A DNA stretch of 64,000 nucleotides from Eledone cirrhosa (lineage: Eukaryota): positions 26,102,001 through 26,166,000 of the forward strand of contig OZ024740.1 of NCBI GenBank assembly GCA_964016885.1, written 5' to 3'. Below, piece after piece: positions 13,077 to 26,334 of the stretch (position 1 is the first letter of the stretch; each line of letters opens with the position of its first letter). The translations under genes were made by a program, and so were the position numbers. The notes under the pieces were generated by a model. That model was not told the DNA's origin and ran no database searches. It saw only the letters and a program-made list of their open reading frames with translations.

Positions 13077-14125
13077 CGGGGAGAGAGGTTGGGATAGATA
13101 TATTTTACAGTGGGATATGTAGGAAAATTTGAACATTTGGAGCAGTATGTATGTGTACATATATGTAAATACATGTGCGTGTATATGAGTGTGTATGTTT
13201 GTGTATGTAAGCATATGTGTTATTGAGTGTGAGTATGAATGTGTTCGTGTGTGTTCGACGCTCTATAAATGATTACATGCTACTATACTGTAAAGAAAGT
13301 CCCTTATTTTTTTTTTTTTTACAGATAAAATACATGGAATTTACCCGCATGTCTATAAATATATCTACATAAACCAGAGCTACTGAATATAGTTTCAAAC
13401 AAGTGAATCTCAAATACTGTTAAAGACAAGAAGAGATGTTCTCAAGCAAAAATCTAAAATCTATTTCAGTGAAAACCGTATCTCAGACAACGTATTAGTC
13501 CTCGTAAAATGTCTGTCTGTTATAAACATTTTGTTGCTTTTCCGATTATCAAAGAGATGTGTAAACCACATCGTCTCTCAGAATTGATAAATGATTCTTA
13601 TACCAACAGTGAACATATTTTTCCAAGTGATGTTTTGAATGTTCATTCGCGTGGGCCCGCTTAAAACCGCTAATTGTGTATATCTTAAACGTCACTAAGG
13701 TTAGAATGCTCCGAGGTTGACAAAACGTTACATAATTACAACCGAAATGCAAAGATAACAACCCAACATTCTTTTAACCTCATGAGAAACTCTTGCCTTC
13801 TTAAAAATGAGGACATGCTTTTATATTAAAAGAATTGGAGGACATGTTTGGAATCTAAGTTTTTGAACTTTTCAGATATATTTTCCTATATTGTAGACAT
13901 GCGTGTACACAGAGACTAGCCTTATAATGCTAAATCTTCTTCAAATTGAAATCGTGAGACTCCAATTGTTGGGTAATTGAAGACATGTCTCAAATTCTTT
14001 ACTTTGGCTCCGAATAAGGTTAAACAATTTGTCTCGGTATGGTGAACTAACTGTTGTGGAACTACTTCTACCAAACTCGTCCCGCGGACTGAGTGCTCTA
14101 CTACAACGGATAAGTGGTCTACTGT

Positions 14126-14152
<27 letters not shown>

Positions 14153-14156
<4 letters not shown>

Positions 14157-14270
14157 CCCGGGTTCAATCGGGGGTAACCACAGTAAGTAAGGTACTCAAT
14201 ACAAAGCAGCGTATGTGATTTCTCTCGAATGAAACAGTTATAGTCCTGTAGAAACGATTTCTATTTTAAA
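14153..14270. mobile_element. Family A Penelope-like terminus fragment (inverted tail + degenerate hammerhead)
   Basis: TGATTTCTCTCGAATGAAACAGTTATAGTCCTGTAGAA matches 18672-18718. GTAAGGTACTCAATAC is the reverse complement of the 18834 tail. Confidence 0.65.
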
Positions 14271-14429
14271 TATATATGTATATATATAAATCAGAATATA
14301 TTCAGCTTTAAACTGGTTAGAATATTACACAACAGAGTTCTCGATACTTGGAGTAGTAGAGTATCTTTATATAATAAAAGGTCGATAAGGTTGTGTAACC
14401 TTAGAGTAATAACATACGTTAGAAAGTAT

Positions 14430-14462
<33 letters not shown>

Positions 14463-14469
<7 letters not shown>

Positions 14470-15380
14470 TAAATTTAGTCCTTCATCAGTGATCTTCCAG
14501 CCTTCATTGGTATTTCATCGCTTTAAAGACCATATACCTCTGGTTGGTGCGAGCAACGGCTAAAGAATGTCGTTGGGACACGTAAATAGGGGGAACGAGC
14601 GAGAGAGTAAACAAACAAAGACGGTAATGCAACGAAAAGTGAAGAAGGAGTCAAGTCCCTGAAATCGATGAACATAAGTTCTGTGAAATCGTAGGCGAGA
14701 GAGAATAAAGACTATCCGTCCTGGTCGAAATGTGAGTGAGGAAAGAATTTCGCACAGGTCAAACGGCAGGAAGTAGGAGAGGAAGTAGCAGAGAGTGAGT
14801 GAGTGAAAGTGTGAGGAAGAGGCTAACAGAGAGAGTGACTGGCAGAGGGGGTAAAAGGAAGTGAGAGATACAGAGAAAGGGGAAGCAGTAAGAAAGAAAC
14901 AGCGGAGGAAAATATATAAATATATGAAAAATATGAAAACATGGCGGATGGTCTTTATTCTCTCTCGTCTACGATTTCACAGAACTTATGTTCATCGATT
15001 TCAGGGACTTGACTCCTTCTTCCTCCCGTTTGACCTGTGCGAAATTCTTTCCTCACTCACATTTCGACCAGGTTGGATGCTCTTTATTCTCTCTCGTCTA
15101 CGATTTCACAGAACTTACGTTCATCGATTTCAGGGACTTGACTCCTTATTCCTCACTTTTCGTTGCATTTCCATCTTTGTTTGTTTACTCTCTCGCTCGT
15201 TCCCCCTATTTACGTGTCCCAACGACTTTCTTTAGCCGTTGCTCGCACCAACCAGAGGTATATGGTCTTTAAAGCGATGAAATACCAATGAAGGCTGGAA
15301 GATCACTGATGAAGGACTAAATTTATTCATATGTAACCCATTTGCAACCACGCAGCACGCTATGTTTTCATATTTTTCAT
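14463..15380 (+). mobile_element. Insert in (TA)n with ~315-bp inverted arms; probable Penelope-like terminus
   Basis: 14463-14779 is the reverse complement of ~15010-15332. A ~78-bp direct repeat occurs at 14946 and 15075. A CTGATGAAGGAC half-hammerhead lies at 15306. Confidence 0.7.
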
Positions 15381-15652
15381 ATATATATATATATATATGT
15401 ATAAGAGTGTGTGTTTGTAGACACCTGGCCATTGGTCATTGTTAGCTTAAGTGAACCCTAAAAATCAGGTGTTGCACCCCCAGTTTGAACTTGTCTATAG
15501 AATTCTTTCTGCCATTTGTTACTCTAAATATAGTTTGTAAAGAATTCATTTATTCTTTAAACCCATCAACCAAAGACCTCTGCCCATCCCAATCACCACC
15601 CTCTCCTACCACCAGAAAAGATATAAATACCACCATATTTCTTGGACAGCTG

Positions 15653-15704
15653 CTTCCTGGTGATTTCTCCCGAATGAAACTTTTCTAGTCCTGTAGAAAC
15701 CTTT

Positions 15705-15710
<6 letters not shown>
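15653..15710 (+). mobile_element. Family A terminus with mutated hammerhead
   Basis: CTTC-CTGGTGA-TTTCTCCCGAAT-GAAA-CTTTTCTAGTCCTG-TA-GAAA. Confidence 0.6.
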
Positions 15711-15736
<26 letters not shown>

Positions 15737-15937
15737 TTCGTTTCTGAATTTGTTTAGCAAGATTCTTTATCTGAAAACGTGTGTTGAAACCGATATTGTT
15801 ATACTTTGGGGGGATCAACCAACCAACCGGAAATTTATAAATTCCTAAATTTATAAATTTATTATAATAAATTGAAGTGAAAGCAACTGGTGTGTGTGTT
15901 TCTTATTGGCAACATGACCCTCCCAAAGTATAACAAT
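15737..15937. mobile_element. Family E terminus fragment with inverted segment
   Basis: Matches 26033-26157 directly and ~26140-26209 in reverse. Confidence 0.7.
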
Positions 15938-15970
15938 ATATATATATTAGTATTGATGCTCTGAAACAGC

Positions 15971-16118
<148 letters not shown>

Positions 16119-16566
16119 TTATAGTTCGAAGAAAACTGAAAGTTACAGGGAAAATAAGACAGTCAGATAGGAATGAAGACAACTAGAAAGATGAACGCAC
16201 CAAGTAGCCTCAAGACGTTATCACGTAGGCCTGTCACATCTTACACATATTTCTTTCTAAGACGTTTAATGTTCTTACTATTATTATTTTTACTTTTTAC
16301 TTTTTCTTCTTTTATCTTCCTTTGATTAGATTCTGCAATCTCCTGTTATGTCCATAGCTAACAGCTTCACTGACGTCAGAGTGGTAAATAAGGACAGTCT
16401 GATAACTGTTAGCTGATCAATAACTTGATTGATAAAATACCAATTTTCCACTTTCCACTGGTGTGAATGGTAAGATTGTCTAGTGGTCATCATTAGGTTG
16501 TTTATTTGCGATTTGAATTTTGACTCTGATTAATCCTGTCCTCCTTTTTATTCCTCTAATGTTCTT

Positions 16567-16640
<74 letters not shown>

Positions 16641-16647
<7 letters not shown>

Positions 16648-18533
16648 TGAAAACTCTGCCTAGAGTATTACAATCGCTTGTCATATTCAGATGTGGGACG
16701 CTCAGATATGGCTTTTCAAGCCTGCTAGAGACTTGCACTCCTTCACATACTGATGACAACTATGGATCTACCCGGCTTGAGGTCCCGCAATCAAGTTGCT
16801 CGTGAACCCTTACAACACCGTGGAGATCATAGTTCACTGGTTCTCTTTGAACATGGCTGCGACTGTGGCTCCTGAGACCAGATTTGCTCAAGCAAATGTT
16901 TCCACACGCAAGGCACTTCAATTCAATGGAGACACCAATCGTTTCGAGAGATACACCAGGGCATTACTTACGCACATCTCTTTTGATCTTCTCGTGCTAT
17001 ATGCGTCTGTCCTCAAAATTATGGACCACATCATTCACCATTCCACGCCAAGTCTCTCTTTCAAGAGCTTCTATCTCCCAGTCAGCCATCATCAAACCAG
17101 ATTTTTTCAATGAGTCCTTTACACAATCCTTGAATCGGAGCTTTGGTTTGTGAGGTTGTTTCTTACCCTCACAAAGCTCGCCATACAAGAGTTGTTTTGG
17201 GACTCGATCATCATCCATTCTGCAGAGGTGTCCGGTCCATCGCAAACGCCGTTGGTGGATGATACTCTCAATGCTCCGACACTCACTTCTCTCAAGGACC
17301 TCAACATCACTCACATGCATCTGCCACTTGATACCGAGCATCTTTCTGAGACACTGCTGGTGAAACCGTTCCAGTCTGTGGACATGCCGTTTGTAGGCAA
17401 CCCATGTCTCACATGCATACAGCAAAGCTGACATTACACATGCAGCATACACTCTCACCTTGGTCCTCATTATGATTCGTCGCCTGCACCAAAGACGGTC
17501 GTTGAGCCTTCCAAATGACACACTTTCCTTACTAACACGTAGACCAACTTCTGCATCCAGAGAGCAGGTCACACTCAGAGTACTCACCAAATACACAAAT
17601 GTGTCAGCAGCATTCATCGTTTGACCGTATACGTGTATGGAGTGTTCATTGAAAACTTTATCCGGAGCAGATTGGTACATGACGACAGTCTTCTTCAGAC
17701 TGATTGACAGTCCCAGAGCACTGCACGCATTGGAAAAAGAATCCATAAGGTGTTGCATGTCACTCTGGGAGTGTACAAAGAGATCACAATCATCTGCATA
17801 TAAAAAATCTTTGATCAAGGTACTCAGCAACTTAGTGTTGGCAGTGAGATGCCTATGGTTAAACAGCTTGCCGGAAGTGCGATATCTGAGATAGATACCG
17901 TGTTGACAATCCTTGAAGACCATGAAGTACACCATCGCAAAATACAAGGCAAACAAAGTTGGTGCAGGTATATCGTCCTACTTGACACCATTTTCAACCG
18001 AGATTGGCTCAGACAGTTTACCTCCAACATTCACCCATGCCTGCATGTCATCGTGGAAGAGTTTCAGAATGTTCACAAACTTTTCAGGAAAGCCCAATCT
18101 CTCCAAGATAACCCACAAAGCCTTCCGAGTAACGGTCTCAAATGCCTTGGTCAGATCGACAAAAATTTGGTATAAGTCCATGCGCTGCTCAATGCATTTC
18201 TCTTGAAGTTGTCTGGCCGAGATGACCATGTCAACAGTGCCTCTGCCATTCCTAAAGCCACATTGGGACTCAGGAAGTACCTCAACAGCAATGTGGTGTA
18301 TCAATCTGTCCAACAATATCCTGCATAAGATCTTCCCAGCCACAGATAGCAGTGAAATACCTCTGTAGTTGCCACAGTCACCTTTGGCTCCCTTTCCTTT
18401 GTAAAGTACCACCCTCAATGCATCTTTCCAATGCTGTGGCACATCTTCATTCCAAACATTCACAAAGAGATCAGTGTGGCGGTTTCAGAAGTTATCACCA
18501 GCAGACTTGAAAATCTCGGCACTCAGTCCATCC

Positions 18534-18535
<2 letters not shown>
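16641..18535 (-). mobile_element. RTE-BovB-type LINE, 5'-truncated, inserted in (TA)n
   Basis: WKDA....LYKGKG....CGNYRGISLLSVAGKIL, LPESQCGFR, FVDLTKAF, LYADD, RRLRWTGHL.RM....PKQLLYGEL. Two C-terminal C2H2-like fingers (CLACGNICLSKSGLRSH; CKSLAGLKSH). In-frame stops at ~17978 and ~16997. Confidence 0.92.
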
Positions 18536-18579
<44 letters not shown>

Positions 18580-18587
18580 ATACATAT

Positions 18588-18668
<81 letters not shown>

Positions 18669-18671
18669 GTT

Positions 18672-18718
18672 ATTCCTGATGATTTCTTAAGGATGAAACA
18701 GTTCTAGTCCTGTAGAAT
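18672..18718 (+). ncRNA. Type I hammerhead ribozyme (family A)
   Basis: ATTC-CTGATGA-TTTC(TTAA)GGAT-GAAA-CAG(TTCTAGTC)CTG-TA-GAAT. The family tail follows at ~18826-18890. Confidence 0.75.
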
Positions 18719-18889
18719 CTCATCTATATTAAAACTATATATAGAGAGAGATATATACATATAATTAATATATATATAGGGAGAGATATACATATGTGTG
18801 TGTGTGTATGTATATATATATATATTCTGCTATGTATTGAGTACCTTACTTACTGCGGTTACCTCTGATTCAACCCGGAATAACTTACC

Positions 18890-19062
<173 letters not shown>

Positions 19063-19110
19063 AGTTTATTCAGGTTCAAAACAGAGCATAAGTATTTAAT
19101 AAAGAAAAGG

Positions 19111-19149
19111 CTTCTACAACTGTTTCATTCGGCAGAAATCATCAGGAAG
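19111..19149 (-). ncRNA. Minimal type I hammerhead (family A), back-to-back with a + strand copy at 19159-19205
   Basis: Minus strand reads CTTC-CTGATGA-TTTC(TGCC)GAAT-GAAA-C(AGTT)G-TA-GAAG. Confidence 0.7.
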
Positions 19150-19209
19150 CCTGATCATCTTCCTGATGATTTCTCCCGAATGAAACAGTTCTAGTCCTCT
19201 AGAAGCCTT

Positions 19210-19313
<104 letters not shown>

Positions 19314-19867
19314 AAATCTATGTTTATGAATGTACTTGTTTATATATATGTATATTTATGTATGTATGTATATATATATATGCATGAGACATGTGTGTAC
19401 GCGTGTGCCTATGTAAACTTACATATATATACACAAACACGCACACGCGTACACATACAGACGTACACACATCACACATACATACACAACACCAACACAC
19501 ACACGCACATATATATATATCTATGGAGGTAGAAATATGAGAAGGGCGGTAGACAGAATATGACATGTTTAGAATAGAGAGAACTGAACAACTTGAACTA
19601 ATTGTAATTCTCGTTACCTTGTGGAGACAAGTACTTACTTTGGCTGGGAGTCTAGGACATAAACCACCAACGGTGGTAACGTTAATCTCACTAGTACTCT
19701 ATCACTCAAGTTCCATTTAGTACTTCATTGTACTGGCTGAAGGATATATTGCATTCGTGAACATCTTTTACATTAAAGGGCCAGCCATGTTGCACACTGT
19801 GACACACTGAATCTCTTCGAGAATTATGTGAAGTAGACACATGTCTGTTGAATGCTTAGCTACTAGC

Positions 19868-19936
<69 letters not shown>

Positions 19937-19945
19937 CTACTAACG

Positions 19946-19977
<32 letters not shown>

Positions 19978-20373
19978 ATCATTAGAACATCTGACTGATA
20001 AAATGACAAGGCAGTCAATCATATTGGTGGCCTCCCCACAGCCCCGGCGGACAGAATGAAGAAGGGTTTTCCTCGGAGAACGGCAAGAGCGACGCGCTGG
20101 AAAAGTCATTCCAACTCGCGAGGCTCACACCTGCGGCTGGCCAGCTCAGCGCCTATGGTGGTGAGTAGGGAGTTAGCCCTAATGGAATCAGTTGAAAGCA
20201 TTATTCTTGCGTTGCTGAAGATTTCTAACTGTTTTCTAAAAGAATTAACAAATTGAGCAAGTTTGTGTATTGATTCTGGTCGATTATATTTCTGGTGAGG
20301 GATTGATGTGTCTAAATTGTAAATTGTATCGATAATACCACAAGGTACTGACATTTCAAATATCGGGTAGTGA

Positions 20374-20690
20374 ACGTGGGTTGGCTGAAAAGTTCATAGC
20401 CTAAGCAAGTTGTCTTTTGGAATGATCAAATGAGGTGTATTTTTCAAAATAAACCCTGGAAAGAAACAGCAGTTATTAATAAGTACAGCTGAAATTACTG
20501 CATACAAGATGTCGCAGCTCTAGCATTACTCCTTTATAGTCAGCCTATCAACCTTTCAGCCGATCCTCGTAAATCCTGGAAAGAAACAATGCAATTATTA
20601 ATAAGAAGAGTGAAAATTAATGCATGCAAGATTTCAAAGCTCTAGCATCACCTCTTCATATTCAGCCTATCAATATTTCAGCCGACCCTA
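20374..20690. mobile_element. Tc1/mariner-derived MITE (~200 bp) plus a duplicated right half
   Basis: Degenerate TIRs ACGTGGGTTGGCTGAAAAGTTCATAG / CTATCAACCTTTCAGCCGATCCTCGTA. 20573-20690 repeats ~20454-20568. Confidence 0.7.
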
Positions 20691-21419
20691 ATCTGTACTG
20701 AGTTCGAATTCCGTCCGTGTTGATTTAACATTTTATACTATAAGTGTCAATAAACTGAATACAATTCGTCTCCCACTCAGGTGTGTATATAGCCTAAACC
20801 TATATTTATTCGTAGTATTTACATAAGTCCTTATATGTGTTTGTTTCGTGTTCAAATCTCTGTAAGTTTGTTATATTTTATTTCAGTAGGATCTATAAAA
20901 TGAAGACAAGTCATCTACGTGGGTGGATTACACGAACTAAACCTATTTCCTATAATTGTGTGACCATGTGCCAATTTCTGAAATAATTTTATATTTTCTT
21001 TTGACAGAGATCAATACGGCTTAATTATCTTCGATCCTTTTGGCACAATCTCGACATTGGCAACTGATGTGTCAACATACAGAATTAGAATGATTTAGTC
21101 TGAAAAATACATCGAGTCAATGTATTTCTGTTGAAGACAGAGAAAGAGAGAAAGAAACGGAGGGAGAGGAATAAAATCGATTTAATCGATACTAGAATAT
21201 TGCATTTACAACGTTTATTGTCTTTGTTAGAATAGAAATGTTGACTTCGGAAGAAAGATCGGTTTCTGTTTCGGGCTTAACAATCGAAATAAATTATTAT
21301 CAAATAATTTCTCAAAACAACTTTTTTCCACCGTTAGACATTACTCTCTCCCTCTCTCGCTCACTCATACGCTCACACACACACACACATACACATATTT
21401 ATATATATAGGGTTATCTC

Positions 21420-23930
21420 CCCCCAAATTATATACACACTTCATCATATAGGGTTTTACAAACAAAAAAAAAATCAAGTAAAAAATATAAAACAATAACA
21501 ATCAACAAGAAAATTATAACGATATAAATTCCCCAATAGATGGCAGAACCACCCAGCAGTGATTCAGGAAACCACCAATACTAAACCACCCGGCGATCCG
21601 AGAGCACCTGAGGAAGGCATCCCTCTCCTCTTCAGATTAGCCAATTTACAGCCGTGTTAGTTCAGATTAGGCACATTCCCATGGGCCATTCACGCAACAT
21701 TCACCCACATTTTAGCAAATTTACTGGAGTGTGTGTGTGTGTGGGGGGGGGGGGTGTCAACACTTCCCTCTATATCTTCACCTTCCTTTCCAAGTGAAAC
21801 GTGAAAAAGTAAATGAAGGATTGGCAGAAAAGGCTAGTGTCTGTCTTCTTTCGCTACGGCCACCAGGCAGTGGAAAAACTGCCTGCTCTCCCCGGGAAAA
21901 AGAAGGCGGCTTGGTGGTCTCCACTATGGACACGGCTGATAACCGAATTCGTCCCACAGGCGACAACAGCTGTTCGGCATAAGTCCACAAATCAGTAATG
22001 CACGGACACTATACAAGTGCGTGCAGAACGGTTTCGTTACTCTGCGCGCATCTTGGGTGGGTCCGACTGACCACACTTTCGTGCCTGTAGAGTTTGTTTT
22101 GAACCTGCAGTGCCTCCCAGTAGCCCAGTCAAGCTAGGGATGTCTGGACATCATCCATAATCTGAGGTTCGATAGTCCTCCGGAACCGACTAGTCAATTC
22201 GATTTCGTCAACGCCCAGAACCTCTCCAAGAGCGTCGTCACATTTATCCATTATTATTCCTCTATAGAGCTCTATAGTTGAATTTGTACTGATCGCATTA
22301 CCCGCCTGTTAGAGGGCAGTGAGCGCTTGGCAACAACATTCCAGATTCCAGACACCCAGTCTCGGTATCTTCTTGACCCAGGTCTCCAGCTCTCTCAAAA
22401 AGACAAGGTGCAGAAAAGCCTGTATCACAAACGGCGACCACACATGTTCACTGTTTATGAATATCTGAAGGTGCCGTAGCCTCAGTGCATGTTTGCGCAT
22501 CATCAGCCAGGGCTTGCCCAGCCCTCCGTGTAGAGTATGCTAGGAACAGATGGACCGCCTCACTAATAGAACCTGCCCCTTCCACAATAAGTTGAAGAGT
22601 AGACGTTTCCTCTTTGGTGAGATGCGAAAGTGGGAAAAGCACGGCGGTAGTATATGGCGGTCGCGATATATGAGTTCAACACCGCCACCTGACCTTTCAG
22701 TAATAGCTTCCTATCGACCCAATTCTGGGTGAGAGTGGCTACCCTGCTCATTACCTCGTCCCAGTTCTAATCCAGCTGAAGTTCTGGTCCGACCCAGAAC
22801 TGGAACAACTTCACCAGTCCATCCGCCCAGCGTCACACGATGCTGTAGAACAACATAGATTAGTCTCTCCACGTATTTGGGCTGCAAACCTACTGACTTT
22901 TCCCTGATCAGTTTTGCTCACGTCAACCTTCTAAGAAGGTGCCGACCATTTTGATTTCCGGGATGTCCGACACCATCACGTTAATGTCGTCTACATATGT
23001 CGACACAACAGTTCTAAGTACCAGTTTGAGCGGGATGACCTGCTACAGTTCCAGCTCCAGCTTTCGCAGTTAAAGCTCGCGAGTCAATACGTATAGAAGG
23101 GAGGAGAGATAACAGTCTTGACGGATCGATAACGTGATCTGAAACGGTTCCTAAAGGTGGCCATTTATTTTGACCACCGAACAGCTACCGCTGTTCATTG
23201 CTGTGATCCCACCTCTGAAGATGTGGGATCAGCCACCAAGTATTGATGGTCGACCCTAAAGAAAGGTTTCGATTCCTCTAAATTGATCATAGACCCACCG
23301 AAGCCAGGTTTATATCCTACCCTTACGATGATGTATCACATGAGGTGGAGGTTGTCGTGTATGACCCTGTATGCGCCTCCCGTACCATATTCTTGGCAAG
23401 CGTCAACCTCTTCGGTAACATCTTGGTCAACATCTTAAACTCTGTGTTAAGCAGAGTTATGGGCCTGAACTTGTTTAACGTATCCCTCTTAGGCTCGTCT
23501 TTCCTCATCAGCGTTACTGGGTCTCAACTCACAGATCAGTGATATTCCCGTTCTATGGTCATTGGAGTAGACCGCTTCAAGGAGATCGAAGAACAAATCT
23601 GACATATCTACGTAAAAATCATAGGGCAAACAATCCAACCTGGGTGACCTGCGCGGCGTTCAGACGACCAGAACATCCCGAAACTCAGCTGATGTCATCG
23701 GCCGTTCGCCTCACTTAGCATCGGCTGTGGAGAGTTGCGAAACACCGTCGAAGTAGGAGATGAAGTCCACCACCGTCTTCGATCCCTCGCCTTCCCCGAA
23801 CAGAAGGGAAAATTGCCGGTCAATGGCCGCACACATCTGCCTGAAATTGCTCAGCACACGTTCGTATCTGTCCGTCAAAGACCGAATTGTGGTTTTGTTA
23901 CCATGCTGTACTTTCGCAACACGCCCCCCC
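21420..23930 (-). mobile_element. Decayed L1/Tx1-clade LINE (RT to 3' UTR)
   Basis: KFRPITLLNTEFKMLTK...RL, TYVDDINV, W..RKL.LKG..AVLNSYI..AIYYR. The 3' end is similar to 63455-63745. Confidence 0.8.
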
Positions 23931-23939
23931 CCCCCTGAA

Positions 23940-24340
23940 CTAGAGCAGAGGGAGAACTAGTTACGAAACTAGAAGATGCTTGCGGCGTGACTGTCCCTGA
24001 ACCAATTATTCAATGCTAAGCACGAACGCTGAGTGGTCAAAGCTAAGGCACGTACATTTAGACACGAGGTGATAAAAGCCTTTCAATGGACTAGTGTGCC
24101 GGAGGCGTGGCATGGCAACAACACCACAATCAGATCATTGGCGCACCCTGACAGGCGCATGTTACTCTATCCCATGCAGATGTGTGCGAACGTTCAGCAG
24201 CATTTCTCCCAAATGTTCGGGAGCAGCGGCAGGCCCAATGGCCAGATGGACTTCACTACCTACCTCGACGGTCTGGCGTGACTATCGGAGTATTGTGAAA
24301 AACCAATAACATCCGCTGAAATACGAGAGTCAACGAGTGT
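23940..24340 (+). mobile_element. Fragment of a related Tx1-like ORF2 in opposite orientation
   Basis: HGNNTTIRSL...QMCA....FS..FG.....DF..YLDG aligns by eye with HGNKTTIRSL...QMCA....FS..FG.....DF..YFDG on the minus strand at ~23735-23920. Confidence 0.7.
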
Positions 24341-24508
24341 GAGGCTCTAGATTGGAGACAACTAAGACACTTATAGTAGAGATCAGAACAACCATGGTTC
24401 TATGTTTGTTGTTCTACCAATGACACTTGAATGTCTCCTCCCTATTCAGGAACCTCATCTGTTTTGGTTTTATTGTTATCCTCCTGTTTTAACATGGTTA
24501 AAATATGT

Positions 24509-24815
24509 TGACACAGACAAACACAGACAAACACAGACAAACACACTGGTACACACACAAACACACACTGGTACACACACACACTGGTACACACACTAAC
24601 ACACACTGGTACATACACAAACACACACTAACACACACTGGTACACACACAAACATACACAAACCCACACAAACACACACTGGTACACACACAAACACAC
24701 ACTCGTACACACACAAACACACACTAACACACACAAACACACACAAACACACACTGGTACACACACAAACACACACTGGTACACACACAAACACACACAA
24801 ACACACTGGTACACG
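24509..24815. repeat. ~20-bp CA-rich minisatellite (ACACACAAACACACACTGGT variants)
   Basis: Directly visible tandem units. Confidence 0.85.
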
Positions 24816-24995
24816 CCATATTTTATCCTGTGCTACCATAATGTTTTTCTAGATGTAAAAACTTTTAATAAGAAATCATCATTGTTATTATTATTATTGT
24901 TTCTACGTTTGGCACAAGGCCAGCAATTACCCCAGTGCATTACTGATATTTTATTTTATCGACCCCGTAAGGATGAAAGGCAAAGTTATTGAGTG

Positions 24996-25220
24996 CGGTG
25001 GATTAGCAGTATCGGTAGAGCGTCGAACAATATGCTTTTCGGCATAGAGTTACGGCCCTTTACGTTTTGAGTTCAAATCCCGCCGAGGTTAGATTTGCCT
25101 TTCATCCTTACTGGGTCGATGAAATAAAGTACCAGTAATGCATTGGGGTAGATTTAATCGACTATCCCCTTCGCTTCAAATTGCTGGCCTTGTGCCTAAA
25201 GTAGAAATTATTATTATTAA
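24996..25220 (+). mobile_element. tRNA-derived SINE, full length (a reverse 3' fragment lies at 24899-24988)
   Basis: A-box-like TGGATTAGCAGTATCGGTAG, B-box GAGTTCAAATCC, core GCCTTTCATCC..GGGTCGAT, (ATT)n tail. Many copies occur in the window. Confidence 0.85.
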
Positions 25221-25392
25221 CAATATTAGGTAATGTTAATTATTATTTTTAATATTATTATTTTACCTGTCATCATAAGTCGAAGGAAATTAATAGCTGT
25301 CAATTTATCCCATTATAAACGCTGAAAGTTAAACAATATATAATTATATACATACATTCATACTTATATATATATGTACATATATATATATA

Positions 25393-25488
<96 letters not shown>

Positions 25489-25545
25489 TATATATATATA
25501 TGTACATATATATAAGTATGAATGTATGTATATAATTATATATTG

Positions 25546-25590
<45 letters not shown>

Positions 25591-25596
<6 letters not shown>

Positions 25597-26210
25597 ATAC
25601 TTTGGGAGGGTCATATTGCCAATAAGAAACATACGCACCAGATGCTTCTTTTAAAAGACGCAATGTTTAGACCAATCACAGAGGCAATAAACATAAATGA
25701 ATTACAACCAAAATTAAATAGAAAACATGAGTGGAACAGCAACATCACAACTTACAATTAAGGACAAAATGAAAACACACACACATAGAACAAACAACCA
25801 ACCAGTAACATGTAAATAAACAAATAAATAAACGAATATAAACACACACAGACACCCGGATGTAACACAAGCGCAAACTAAGCACACAACACACACACAA
25901 AAACAAGATGGCGTAGGACAGAACAAAGGAGAGGCACAACAAACAAAGAAAAGAACCCCCAGTCACTGAAGAGGTCACAGAATGTGTGACGAAAGAACTT
26001 TGACAATATATAAACAACCATCTGGTTGTGGAACCAACCAACCAACCGGAAATTTATAAATTCCTAAATTTATAAATTTATTATAATAAATTGAAGTGAA
26101 AGCAACTGGTGCGTGTGTTTCTTATTGGCAACATGACCCTCCCAAAGTATAACAATATCAGTTTCAACACACGTTTTCAGATAAATAATCTTGCTAAACA
26201 AATTCAGAAT
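25591..26210 (+). mobile_element. Family E Penelope-like terminus: inverted tail copy, body, hammerhead, tail
   Basis: 25591-25657 is the reverse complement of ~26100-26157. Hammerhead at 25962. (TA)n flanks. A related fragment lies at 26961-27010. Confidence 0.75.
25962..26004 (+). ncRNA. Minimal type I hammerhead ribozyme
   Basis: GTCA-CTGAAGA-G-GTCACA(GAATG)TGTGAC-GAAA-G(AA)C-TT-TGAC. Confidence 0.8.
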
Positions 26211-26268
26211 ATATATATATGTATGTATGTATATATGTGTGAATGTGTGAGTTCGTGTGTGTTTCAGT

Positions 26269-26331
<63 letters not shown>

Positions 26332-26334
<3 letters not shown>

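Noticed and set aside
10739-13214. Many [12 protein letters not shown] ORFs here and throughout the window
   Set aside because: They are translations of (TA)n, (TG)n and (TC)n microsatellites.
13330-14120. Possible Penelope RT remnant (ILTLVTFKIYT on the minus strand)
   Set aside because: There is only a single vague motif and no consistent downstream RT motifs. A translated search is needed to settle it.
20020-20170. GC-rich patch, possibly a Tx1 5'/ORF1 fragment
   Set aside because: It is too short and has no diagnostic motif.
24996-25100. tRNA gene
   Set aside because: A and B boxes are present but there is no cloverleaf, and the sequence continues into a multi-copy SINE body.
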